Positions 55,633 through 64,000 of a stretch of DNA of 64,000 nucleotides are shown here, piece after piece. This stretch comes from Candidatus Atabeyarchaeum deiterrae. GTDB taxonomy: Archaea; Asgardarchaeota; Atabeyarchaeia; Atabeyarchaeales; Atabeyarchaeaceae. The stretch lies in assembly GCA_037310415.1 (NCBI GenBank), contig CP147780.1, forward strand, positions 584,701 through 648,700, given 5' to 3'. The notes below the pieces were generated by a model. It was not told where the DNA came from. It saw nothing but the letters and a program-made list of their open reading frames with translations, and searched no databases. Made by a program: the position numbers and the translations under genes. Within the stretch, counting starts at the first letter, position 1. Each line of letters starts with the position of its first letter.

Positions 55633-56886
55633 TCATAAGGTGTACTGGCGGGACAGTTTGGGGATGTAGCTTGAAACATTCTTTATCTTCTCATCTTCCT
55701 CGAGAACTTCCTTGACCTGATTCTGCGGCACCAAGAGCTTTATCTTCTTGGTCCTCCCATACCGACCCTTGCTTTCCACTTTGGCGTTAATTATCCCTAG
55801 CATATCCAGCTCATTTACCAGATCGCCAACACGCCTCTGTGTAAGCATGTCTAGTCCCAATTTTCCACAGAGCTCACTGTAAACCTCGAAGACACTTCCC
55901 GTAACTACCTCTTCCTCACCCTGTTTCTCCAACAAGTACGTGGTGTAGAGGACTAACTTTGATTGCAGCGGCAGAGTCCTCAAGGTCTCCGTTACTGTGT
56001 CGTACTCTATGCGTCCTTGAGCGGAGCGAACGTGTTTCTCGCTAACTTTGCGCTCGCCAGCTCGTTCACACAGGTCTCCAGCAACCCTCAGGAGATCTAA
56101 CGCTCTGCGAGCATCTCCATGTTCGCGGGCCGCCAAGGCAGCACAGAGATTAATAACCGAATCATCAACAACTTGGTCACGAAAACCAATGGCGGCTCGT
56201 TGCTTCAGAATATCCTGGAGTTCAGTGGCAGTATAAGGCGGAAAGACAACCTCCTCTTCACTAAGGCTGCTGACTACGCGCGGATCGAGATAGTCTTTGA
56301 ACCTCAAGTCATTAGATATTCCGACCAAACTAACCTTACCTTGTTTCAACGAGGTGTTAATCCTAGTCAGCTCATACAGCACATCGTCTCCATCCTTCTT
56401 GACAAGCATGTCGATCTCGTCGAGGACGATTATAATAAGTTGTCTCTTGTCGCTAATCTCTTCCAAGAAGCGTCGGTAGACCTCATCTGTAGGCAAACCT
56501 GTGAAGGGGACATCTAGGCCGATCTCTTTGCATAGATTAGCAAGAACCCGGTAGTTGGTATCCACAACTCTGCAATTCACATAGGCTGCACTTAAAGCCA
56601 AACCATCAGGCTCGGAGACCTTCGTCTTGGCGGATAGATGCTTCAGGACGTACTTCGCAGCTGCTGTCTTACCTGTGCCAGTCTTTCCGTAAATAAATAC
56701 ATTGGAAGGAACGGATCCTTTGAGTGCGGAACTCAAGATCATTCCCAAGCGAGCAATATGCTCCTCACGGTGAGGGAGCTCATCAGGAACATAAGTAGCC
56801 CTTAGCACATCTCTATTCTTAAAAATAGTTGGGGATCTAAGAAAATTGTCGAAGATATCATCCAATGATTCTTTATCGCTCGCCAT
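55633..56886 (-). CDS. cdc6: Orc1/Cdc6 replication initiator
   Basis: Walker A IYGKTGTGKTAAAK, Walker B IIVLDEID, sensor motifs, and a C-terminal winged helix. Confidence 0.9.
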   Translation of the reverse strand: MASDKESLDDIFDNFLRSPTIFKNRDVLRATYVPDELPHREEHIARLGMILSSALKGSVPSNVFIYGKTGTGKTAAAKYVLKHLSAKTKVSEPDGLALSAAYVNCRVVDTNYRVLANLCKEIGLDVPFTGLPTDEVYRRFLEEISDKRQLIIIVLDEIDMLVKKDGDDVLYELTRINTSLKQGKVSLVGISNDLRFKDYLDPRVVSSLSEEEVVFPPYTATELQDILKQRAAIGFRDQVVDDSVINLCAALAAREHGDARRALDLLRVAGDLCERAGERKVSEKHVRSAQGRIEYDTVTETLRTLPLQSKLVLYTTYLLEKQGEEEVVTGSVFEVYSELCGKLGLDMLTQRRVGDLVNELDMLGIINAKVESKGRYGRTKKIKLLVPQNQVKEVLEEDEKIKNVSSYIPKLSRQYTL

Positions 56887-57082
56887 CGATACTAACCCTC
56901 TCTATAACAACCTTCTGAAGCGCAACAAAAAAGGAAGGTTCAGCTAATTATAGTTTTGGGAGACGAATATAAGAATCCAGTAGTGCGGCAAAACGTCCAA
57001 GGATGGCAACTAGAAGCTTGTTAACGGGAAGGTAATACCTGACTGGAACCTACGTTCCAAACCTTCAGTGCGTTTACTGAGA

Positions 57083-57565
57083 CTAGCTTCTCGGCGCAAG
57101 CATCTTCTCAGCCTCAATAACCTCATTCTTTACCTTTTCGGTCCGCACGCGATACTCGTACCCGCCCGTGACATGATGCCGCTCCACAATGCCGTTGGAA
57201 GGATCGGATAGACGGTGGAGATAAGTCGAGACGGTACTGCTCCTCAGCTTTTGACTGAAGATTCTCTCGAACTCATCCTGAAGATCACGGGAGCTGAAGG
57301 AACCGTAGCGGAAATGCTTCAACAACAAGAACTTGACCTTGTCAATAGTACTGGACAAGCCAAGCTCCCCACCTTCAAGGTCAGTGGCCTCCTTACTTAG
57401 CCTCGAATCCTTTGAATCAGAGACGCTGGATGCCAAAACGCTTGAGATATATTCACCTATCGATTCAGAGAGCATTTTGGGTATCGCCCCTTCGAAGGTC
57501 ACGGTAACCTTTCCCCTCGTCTCAGGGTCAAAGACCTCTATCTTGATCAAGTTACTCTTAACCAA
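57083..57565 (-). CDS. Hypothetical protein with C-terminal wHTH-like segment
   Basis: 160 aa with SSTVSTYLHRLSDPSNGIVERH. Lies between cdc6 and the ORB region. Confidence 0.45.
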   Translation of the reverse strand: MVKSNLIKIEVFDPETRGKVTVTFEGAIPKMLSESIGEYISSVLASSVSDSKDSRLSKEATDLEGGELGLSSTIDKVKFLLLKHFRYGSFSSRDLQDEFERIFSQKLRSSTVSTYLHRLSDPSNGIVERHHVTGGYEYRVRTEKVKNEVIEAEKMLAPRS

Positions 57566-57821
57566 AAGAAACTCACCGGGAGCACCAGAACCTCAGTAAT
57601 CATTCACAGTTAGTGAATTCACAGGTATTAAAGGCTAACTACAATACTCACAAACTAAGCACTCAAGAACATAACTGAAAAAGTATATCCAAAAATCAAC
57701 CGCAACAAGCGGATCTTGGGCAAGGGGGAAAAAGTCGAACACTATAAGTGGTGCGCAGAGGGATCCACTCACAACTGTGAAAAAATGGAATTGGAATGTG
57801 AAAGGATAATGAGGAGTCGAC

Positions 57822-57845
57822 TTCTCCAGTGGAAATAGGGGGGTT
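57822..57845 (+). promoter_or_regulatory. Origin recognition box (ORB) 1
   Basis: TTCTCCAGTGGAAATAGGGGGGT matches the archaeal ORB core TCCAGTGGAAA followed by a G string. Confidence 0.65.
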
Positions 57846-58020
57846 AAGGAAAGCCATTTCCCGCCAAAAAGACTGAAAACAGCCCAGAATAAACAAACAG
57901 GACGACTCTTAAAGGGAGCCCAGTATTGATTTCACAAAAAGAAATTCACAGATTCACAATGGCAGCTGACACATCGCTTACTAGGTGGCACCCCATCATT
58001 TCCAATAGAACTGACCAGTT

Positions 58021-58118
58021 TAACTAGTTCTTGACTGACTATATGTTCAAAAGATTAGTTAAAATTATAGCGCAATCTTGATAAGAATAGATATATGCTA
58101 AACAAATCACTTTAAACT
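58021..58118. other. AT-rich candidate duplex unwinding element
   Basis: TTGACTGACTATATGTTCAAAAGATTAGTTAAAATTATAG...ATAAGAATAGATATATGCTAAACAAATCACTTTAAAC, lying between the two ORB elements. Confidence 0.4.
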
Positions 58119-58172
58119 GGGCTCTCTTGCGCACTGGATATCAAACCTAACTCACCCGACACCCTTGCGAGG

Positions 58173-58199
58173 TTCCAGTGGAAACGACAGGGTAGGGGT
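58173..58199 (+). promoter_or_regulatory. Origin recognition box (ORB) 2
   Basis: TTCCAGTGGAAACGACAGGGTAGGGGT has the same core and G string as ORB 1, in the same orientation. Confidence 0.65.
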
Positions 58200-58472
58200 C
58201 CCCATACTACCCGGATTGTTCTGACCTTATATGGACAAGTTCATCACTCAATACAGGAGACCACAATTCTTCTCCTAGATGCGACAGTCCCGGATCGCCG
58301 ACTACTGTCCTACTACACACTCGCTACCTGCCGTTTATTGTCTTCTTATGTAACATTGATACTAGACGTTACCTAAGACAATAGGACTGCTTCTCGACCA
58401 TTTGATCTGGCAGTACGCGAGTCTTCCGAGACGAAAAGCAGATAAGCCTTATCATCTGTTACATAAGAGGAG

Positions 58473-58871
58473 ATGAGATGTTACCTAAGAGAAGGGAATG
58501 TTCACATGATGGGGTTGACTGAGAGGGTTGAGTTGCTGTTTGGCAGGAAGAAGCGGATCGCCAATGAGATGGCCGGTCTTGCGTCCGCATTTGGTATAGA
58601 CCAGGGCAAGCTAGAGACTGGTGGTTGTCTGCGACTGGAAGATGTATACTGTGTTAAGCGCGGCAAGAGATACGGTCCTTACGGCCCGTACTACTACCTT
58701 TACTTTCACCGGACAGAAAAGATGGAGAAGCGGTATGTTGGGAAGAGGGCGGACCGATTGAAAGTAAGACAGGAGGTTAATGGGAAGTTAAGGGAGCTCG
58801 AGGCAGAGTACAAGAAGATCTTATCAGTTGAGCGGAGGTTGGCGAAGGCGCTGGGAATGCCTGCGGTCTGA
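58473..58871 (+). CDS. Hypothetical basic protein (DUF6788-like)
   Basis: 132 aa with RGKRYGPYGPYYYLYFHR and a K/R-rich coiled tail. Confidence 0.45.
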   Translation: MRCYLREGNVHMMGLTERVELLFGRKKRIANEMAGLASAFGIDQGKLETGGCLRLEDVYCVKRGKRYGPYGPYYYLYFHRTEKMEKRYVGKRADRLKVRQEVNGKLRELEAEYKKILSVERRLAKALGMPAV

Positions 58872-58974
58872 TGTCAACCATGAGACGTTTTGAGAAAGCT
58901 TTTCTATCTGTTCTGTTATCCACTTAAATGAATCTGGATTTGCTCAAGAATTGTGGTGTCTCTACATGAGCATT

Positions 58975-59736
58975 ATGAAGATTGTCGCCCTGTGTAACCA
59001 GAAGGGTGGTGTCGGTAAGACGACTAGCGCTGTTAATCTCAGCGTTGCACTCGGCATGCTTGGGAAAAAGGTCTTGTTGCTTGATCTGGATCCTCAGGCG
59101 AACTCCTCTGTTTCATTTTTCGGTTTTGATGTGTTCAACGCTTCACTCTCAATGTACAATGTCTTAGTTGACGAGAAAGTTGGCGTCCGCGACGTCATCA
59201 GGCGGACGGAGGAGGGGATTGATCTTTTGCCATCAAACCTGAATCTTGCTGGGGCTGAGCTTGAGTTGACTGGTTCCATAGCGGGTGAGACGGCTCTTAA
59301 GGACAAGCTTGCTGCGGTGCAAAATGATTACGACTATACATTTATTGATTGTCCACCTGCTTTGAATATCTTTACCATTAACGCTTTGGTTGCGGCCACT
59401 GATGTTTTTGTCTGTATTCAACCATCGTTTCTGCCAATGGTGGGAACTGAGCAGCTAACTAGAACCATCAAGATTGTCAAAGACAGACTCAACAAGCAGC
59501 TTAGGATATCTGGTGTCATTCTGACCATGTGCGATGAGCGAAAGATTATCTCTCGAGAGTCTATCAACGAAATCAATCGCTACTTCAGTGACGTTGTATT
59601 TGAGGCACGGATACGAATTGACGTGAAACTTGAAGAGGCCCCCTCATACACAAAATCCATATTCAAATATGCGCCAGATTCACGTGGCGCTGAGGACTAC
59701 ATGAATCTGGCCAAGGAAGTGATTAGACGTGTCTAA
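58975..59736 (+). CDS. parA: ParA/Soj family partition ATPase
   Basis: Deviant Walker A KIVALCNQKGGVGKTT, then LLLDLDPQ and FIDCPP. Confidence 0.85.
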   Translation: MKIVALCNQKGGVGKTTSAVNLSVALGMLGKKVLLLDLDPQANSSVSFFGFDVFNASLSMYNVLVDEKVGVRDVIRRTEEGIDLLPSNLNLAGAELELTGSIAGETALKDKLAAVQNDYDYTFIDCPPALNIFTINALVAATDVFVCIQPSFLPMVGTEQLTRTIKIVKDRLNKQLRISGVILTMCDERKIISRESINEINRYFSDVVFEARIRIDVKLEEAPSYTKSIFKYAPDSRGAEDYMNLAKEVIRRV

Positions 59737-60550
59737 TGAGAGTAAGCGAAGGCGGCTCGGCGCTACAGTTCTCGGCGAATTAGGTAAGCTGGCGAAGAGT
59801 TATGGAGTTCAAAAGATACCTCTCAACGAGATCGACTTGGAGGATCCGAAGTTTAGAACGCGGTACGACCTAGGCGAGAAACAGATTGTTGAGTTGGCAG
59901 ATTCCATTAGAAGTGAGGGTTTGATCAACCCTATTGTTGTGCGACGCAGGGCTGATTCAAAGTATCAACTGATATCTGGGTTCAGAAGGGTCGAAGCTGT
60001 CCGAAAACTTGGGGAGGACGCGGTTGATGCTATTGTGGTCAATGTTGATGATGATAGAGCCCTTAGAATTGCTGTCTCTGAGAACTTGAAGAGAAAGAGT
60101 CTCACACCTCTTGAGATTGGGTTGATGTGCGATAGATTGGTTAAAGAAGGTAGGTCCTATGATGAAGTCGGGCGGATGATGGGTCTTTCAGCCAAGCAAA
60201 TCCAACGTTATCTTCGTACATTGAAGTTGAATGAGGAAGTCAGGAAATCATTGAACGATGGAGCAATCAACTTTTTCACGGCTCTCGAAATAGGAAAAGT
60301 GGACGGCGCCGTCCAGTCTGCTTTATTAAAGAGGGTCTTGAAGGAGAAGCTGTCCACAAGGGACGTCTCCCAACTGGTGCAAGAAATGAGGAGAAGCGAG
60401 AAGAGAAAGAATATCATCGAGGATCTGCCTAACGTGAAGTTCAAGAAAGGTCAGATCATAATCGACTTGACTGGTGTTGAGTTGGTCAAGACTCTCAAAG
60501 CCCTTCTGAGGGAAGCTGAGAAGGGCACGATCCAGAATGCCATTAATTAG
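59729..60550 (+). CDS. parB: ParB/Spo0J-like partition protein
   Basis: IPLNEIDLEDPKFR, GLINPIVVRR and YQLISGFRRVEAV (GxRR box), then HTH MGLSAKQIQRYL. GTG start overlaps the parA stop. Confidence 0.8.
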   Translation: MSNESKRRRLGATVLGELGKLAKSYGVQKIPLNEIDLEDPKFRTRYDLGEKQIVELADSIRSEGLINPIVVRRRADSKYQLISGFRRVEAVRKLGEDAVDAIVVNVDDDRALRIAVSENLKRKSLTPLEIGLMCDRLVKEGRSYDEVGRMMGLSAKQIQRYLRTLKLNEEVRKSLNDGAINFFTALEIGKVDGAVQSALLKRVLKEKLSTRDVSQLVQEMRRSEKRKNIIEDLPNVKFKKGQIIIDLTGVELVKTLKALLREAEKGTIQNAIN

Positions 60551-60620
60551 CCCTCATACCGGTCGATGGTTTGACAAGGTTTATCAATCCGTATACTTTT
60601 TTGTATACGGGTGAAGTTCA

Positions 60621-61172
60621 TTGTTTGACAGGGCTTCTGAGCCTGAAGGTACAGCAGAATCCTTCAGAAAGCTCTTCAGTGACCCTATTGTGAAGAGGCT
60701 CTTGAAAGACTCTAACCTGACTAAGATACAATTTGAGACTCTTCTAATCAACTCGGTCTTTGATGAAATGGTTGGTAAAGACGGTGGAATGTATGACAAG
60801 AAGGCCAGCAGCAGGGTATACAAGGAATCCTTTAGAGCTTGGCACGCCAAGTCGTATCCCAAGGGTGTCTCCCGAGGTGCTTTCCGCCGTGTTCTCTTTC
60901 AAGCAAGTCGGAACGTGATCCGCTCCATCTACACGCTCTTCCTGCTTGGATACATAGGTATCTTGGAGACGCCAGGATTGCAGGGTTATATGGAACTATC
61001 TGAGATGGTGACTGAGTACAAACGCAAAATGGAGCAAAGACAACAAAAGAATCTGGTCAGAGAGCCACTTGGTGGAGAGGCCTTGAAACTGTTGGAGAAG
61101 AGTCTACTGAAGATAATCGACCAGTATGCATATCCGTTCACCGTTTTGGGTAAAGGAAACAATCGTGATTAG
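60621..61172 (+). CDS. Hypothetical protein
   Basis: 183-aa ORF, TTG start, no motif. Confidence 0.4.
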   Translation: MFDRASEPEGTAESFRKLFSDPIVKRLLKDSNLTKIQFETLLINSVFDEMVGKDGGMYDKKASSRVYKESFRAWHAKSYPKGVSRGAFRRVLFQASRNVIRSIYTLFLLGYIGILETPGLQGYMELSEMVTEYKRKMEQRQQKNLVREPLGGEALKLLEKSLLKIIDQYAYPFTVLGKGNNRD

Positions 61173-61269
61173 TATTCCGTCCCGGATCCATTTCTGTAGT
61201 CTTGAACCGTTGAAGATGAAGGGTTGCTGACCTGTAAGATTACTCGGATTACCAAGTGGTGAGATCTGA

Positions 61270-61845
61270 TTGTACCAACTGCCAAGACCAGAGGATATTA
61301 AGCGGCTAAGAAAGGATGTGAGCCTCACTCAGATCGAACTGGCCAAACGAGCCAGGGTCAGTCAATCACTCATAGCCAGGATAGAGTCCGGAACGGTTGA
61401 CCCGCGTATGTCTACGCTGAGAAGAATTCTTGAAGTCATGAATGACTGCTATCTCAGTAAGAGCCCTCGGGTGACTGTCTCTCAGGTTATGTGTTCTCCC
61501 GTGTTCTTTGTCAAAGCTACAGACTTTGTGCATACTGCCATTGAGTTGATGGAGAAGCATGGTGTCTCACAATTGCCAGTAATGAAAGATGAATCTCTCG
61601 TCGGCACTATCAGTGAAGCCACAGTAATCCGGCATATATCCTCTGGAAAGAATGTCTTCAACTCTACGGTGAATGACATTATGGACGAGAGTCTGCCCTC
61701 AGTTCCGCCTTCCACAGGTATGGACGAAGCTTCTGAACTCATGTCCAGAGGACATCCTGCAGTACTTGTCGTAGATAGGGGAAGAATCGTAGGTATCGTG
61801 ACAAAGATCGATCTTATAAGTCACCGTTCCCGATACAAAAAGTAA
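61270..61845 (+). CDS. XRE-type HTH regulator with tandem CBS domains
   Basis: LTQIELAKRARVSQSLIARIESG HTH followed by two CBS repeats (VSQLPVMKD..LVGTIS, PAVLVVDRGRIVGIVTKIDL). Confidence 0.75.
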   Translation: MYQLPRPEDIKRLRKDVSLTQIELAKRARVSQSLIARIESGTVDPRMSTLRRILEVMNDCYLSKSPRVTVSQVMCSPVFFVKATDFVHTAIELMEKHGVSQLPVMKDESLVGTISEATVIRHISSGKNVFNSTVNDIMDESLPSVPPSTGMDEASELMSRGHPAVLVVDRGRIVGIVTKIDLISHRSRYKK

Positions 61846-61864
61846 GCTTGGCAAAGGCAGGTTC

Positions 61865-62746
61865 TTACCGTAGTCTAAGGTACTTGTCCCATTGATGGCT
61901 AACCCATTTCTTTATCACGTCAACATCTTCTTTGGTTAAACCATCGTACCTTCCTTGTATCTTGAGGTACTCCTCTATAGGGGTTCTCTTTGCCGGATCC
62001 ACGAGATTCTTGCTTGGGCCAGTTAGTTCCAGTTTTTCGTTACTGATCTCGAAGAGGATCCACATCCCCGAGGTTATAGCTCTTCGTCCTACCTCCACAG
62101 TCAGGCTACCGTCACACAGCCATCCCGATGGACACGGAGCTAGTATATGAAGATACCTAGTCCCCTTTAGATCCTTTGCTTTTTTCACTTTGTCGTACAA
62201 GTCCCTAGGATAGGATGGACATGCTGTTGCAACATATTCGATCTCGTGAGAGGCCATAATCATAGGAAGATCCTTTTTTTTCTCCCGCTTCCCCGTCGGC
62301 GTAGTCGTAGTTTTCATGCCGTAAGGTGTCGCTCCAGAACGCTGGATTCCTGTGTTCATGTATGCCTCGTTATCATAGCATATGTAAAGGAAATTCGTTC
62401 CACGTTCTGCTGCACCCGACAATGCCTGTATCCCTATATCGGCCGTTCCTCCATCTCCAGCCCATGACAGAACTGTAATATCATCCTCTCTTCTCGCCTC
62501 CAGTGCAGCCACTATTCCTGAGGCTGCCGCTGCGGCTGCAGCGAATGCGATGTTGAGAGTAGGAATGTCAAGGGCAGATCTTGGGTATAGCCCTTGGATC
62601 ACGCTTGTGCAACAAGCAGGCACGACCATAATCGTCCTATTTCCAAGGGCCTTCAAGGTATATCTAAGTGCAAGAGTTGCGCCACAGCCGGCGCATGAAC
62701 TGTTTCCTGGTAAAAGTAATTCCTCTTCTGGAAATCCGAGTATCAT
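61865..62746 (-). CDS. porB: Pyruvate/2-oxoacid:ferredoxin oxidoreductase beta subunit
   Basis: CAGCGATLALR and the TPP motif WAGDGGTADIGIQALSGAAERG...YDNEAYMNTGIQRS. Confidence 0.85.
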   Translation of the reverse strand: MILGFPEEELLLPGNSSCAGCGATLALRYTLKALGNRTIMVVPACCTSVIQGLYPRSALDIPTLNIAFAAAAAAASGIVAALEARREDDITVLSWAGDGGTADIGIQALSGAAERGTNFLYICYDNEAYMNTGIQRSGATPYGMKTTTTPTGKREKKKDLPMIMASHEIEYVATACPSYPRDLYDKVKKAKDLKGTRYLHILAPCPSGWLCDGSLTVEVGRRAITSGMWILFEISNEKLELTGPSKNLVDPAKRTPIEEYLKIQGRYDGLTKEDVDVIKKWVSHQWDKYLRLR

Positions 62747-62753
62747 CTTCCTG

Positions 62754-63953
62754 TCACGCTCCCTTTTTTAGGTCAAACCATTTCTCTTCCTCTTTCGTTC
62801 CACCTTTCTCGAGCAACTTTATCGTCTCCTGGAAGATGGTTACCTGGTGGCTTGGGGTAATGTCTCGGCCTCCTAGACCAAGTACGAAACCAAATACCAA
62901 TGGTTGCTCTTTCAATCCGTAGAGCGCCCCCTTTGTCTCGGTAAACGCTGCGCCTCCAGATCCATAGGATATATCTCTATCTAGGACTGCGAACGCTTTC
63001 ACATGCTCTGCGAGGCTTCTTAGCTCATCGCGTGGAAAAGGTCTGAACATTCTGAGTTTTGCCGCTCCCACTTTGTTCCCCGCGTCTCTTAGCTCGTCAA
63101 CAGCTGCTCTTGCCTGAGCTGCCAGGGTACCCATGCTTATCATTACGACTTCTGCATCTTCGCAGCGATACTCCTGGATCAATCCGTCGTAGGTCCTTCC
63201 GAATTTGCTTTTGAACTCTCGATCGACTTCCCTTAGCGTCTTTCTGACATTTTCCATCGCTTCGTGAGCGAAGTATCTGTGCTCCATATACGAGGGGACA
63301 TTCTCCCCTTCTGTTCCATCCATATTGAGACTCCCTATCGTCATCGGGTTATCAACATCGAGCAATAGATGTTTCTTGGGATCGTGAGGTATGAATTCAT
63401 CAACATCTTCTTGGTTTGGGAGTTCCAATGGCTGTGAGGTATGCGAAAGTATGAAACCGTCCAAGCATATCATTGAAGGTAGAAGTGTCTGTTCAGAGAT
63501 TCTATAGGCTTGGATTACTGTGTCGAATATCTCTTGATTGCTTTCGACGTAGAACTGTATCCAGCCTGTATCTCTCTGCGAGATCGAATCGTTATGATCT
63601 ACATGGATGTTCCATGGCCCAACTGCCCTGTTTACTACACACATGACAACTGGCAGTCGCATCATGCTGGTCCAGTGAAGCATTTCATGCATGTAGAGTA
63701 ACCCATGTGAGGACGTTGCTGTGAATACTCGCGCCCCGGCTGCCGAGGCACCTACACACGCTGCCATGGCGGAGTGTTCCGATTCCACTCTCACGTATTT
63801 TGCTTTCATTTCACCCTTCTCAATTATCTTAGCAAGCCCCTCAACTATTGTGGTCTGAGGAGTAATCGGGTAAGCTGCAACAACCTCAACTCTTGCAAAC
63901 CTTGCCGCTTCAGCAGCAGTATAGTTACCTGTAGTGACTATTATTCGGCCCAT
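62754..63953 (-). CDS. porA: Pyruvate/2-oxoacid:ferredoxin oxidoreductase alpha subunit
   Basis: GNYTAAEAARFARVEVVAAYPITPQT and ESEHSAMAACVGASAAGARVFTATSSHGL. Confidence 0.9.
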   Translation of the reverse strand: MGRIIVTTGNYTAAEAARFARVEVVAAYPITPQTTIVEGLAKIIEKGEMKAKYVRVESEHSAMAACVGASAAGARVFTATSSHGLLYMHEMLHWTSMMRLPVVMCVVNRAVGPWNIHVDHNDSISQRDTGWIQFYVESNQEIFDTVIQAYRISEQTLLPSMICLDGFILSHTSQPLELPNQEDVDEFIPHDPKKHLLLDVDNPMTIGSLNMDGTEGENVPSYMEHRYFAHEAMENVRKTLREVDREFKSKFGRTYDGLIQEYRCEDAEVVMISMGTLAAQARAAVDELRDAGNKVGAAKLRMFRPFPRDELRSLAEHVKAFAVLDRDISYGSGGAAFTETKGALYGLKEQPLVFGFVLGLGGRDITPSHQVTIFQETIKLLEKGGTKEEEKWFDLKKGA

Positions 63954-63956
63954 TAC

Positions 63957-64000
63957 CTATTCACTCTCCCTCTTCATCTCTATTGCCTTGGACTTGCACT
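63957..64000 (-). CDS. porD: 3' end of a ferredoxin-type gene, probably POR delta subunit (partial)
   Basis: Reverse frame reads CKSKAIEMKRESE-stop, ending 3 nt before the porA ATG. Only 13 codons lie inside the window. Confidence 0.45.
   Translation of the reverse strand, partial: CKSKAIEMKRESE

Noticed and set aside
58893-58905. Near-palindrome AGAAAGCTTTTCT upstream of parA as a parS or operator site.
   Set aside because: Only the central 8 bp (AAAGCTTT) is truly palindromic. That is too short and common to support a call.
1-64000. CRISPR arrays, rRNA genes, and transposase or integrase genes.
   Set aside because: I saw no regularly spaced short repeats, no rRNA-like sequence, and no ORF with recognisable tyrosine/serine recombinase, DDE transposase or Cas1 motifs. 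The only multi-copy short elements are the atpB fragments, the ORB boxes and the 58.3-58.5 kb motifs. Absence is by eye only.

Overview
Archaeal chromosomal segment, roughly mid-40s % G+C by eye (not computed). All functional calls come from reading motifs by eye; no database or HMM searches were run.

Core region (36.9-64 kb): RadA, RadB, XPD, type IA topoisomerase, PolD small subunit, and Orc1/Cdc6 beside a candidate replication origin carrying ORB elements. Also ParA/ParB, tRNA-splicing endonuclease, CDP-archaeol synthase, GcvT, CofE, pyruvate/2-oxoacid:ferredoxin oxidoreductase, and three intron-containing tRNA genes with one, two and three introns. PolD, Cdc6, multi-intron tRNAs and an OSTC/DC2-like membrane protein suggest a TACK/Asgard-type archaeon. 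I cannot resolve it further.

Accessory region (left-hand half):
- An AbiE toxin-antitoxin pair.
- A ~19 kb island bounded and subdivided by four direct copies of the last 40-117 nt of the A-type ATPase B-subunit gene (atpB). The 3' end of atpB therefore looks like a repeatedly used integration site. No recognisable integrase was found.
- Inside the island, a tightly packed five-gene operon: a B12-like radical SAM enzyme, two ParB/DGQHR-like proteins, an SNF2 helicase and a small PD-(D/E)xK-like protein. This is my best candidate for an undescribed DNA-modification/defence system.
- Also inside the island, a membrane-anchored HerA/FtsK-like ATPase with an acidic LAGLIDADG-fold partner, and a wHTH + SAMHD1-like HD pair.
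- atpB and atpA are separated by a 5.9 kb insertion (legumain-like C13 peptidase plus a second membrane-anchored HerA-like ATPase). No other ATPase subunit genes are nearby.

Most striking sequence-level signal: kb-scale tracts where the + strand is almost purged of A and C regardless of gene orientation. The polarity switches at a single codon boundary inside atpB (28085/28086).
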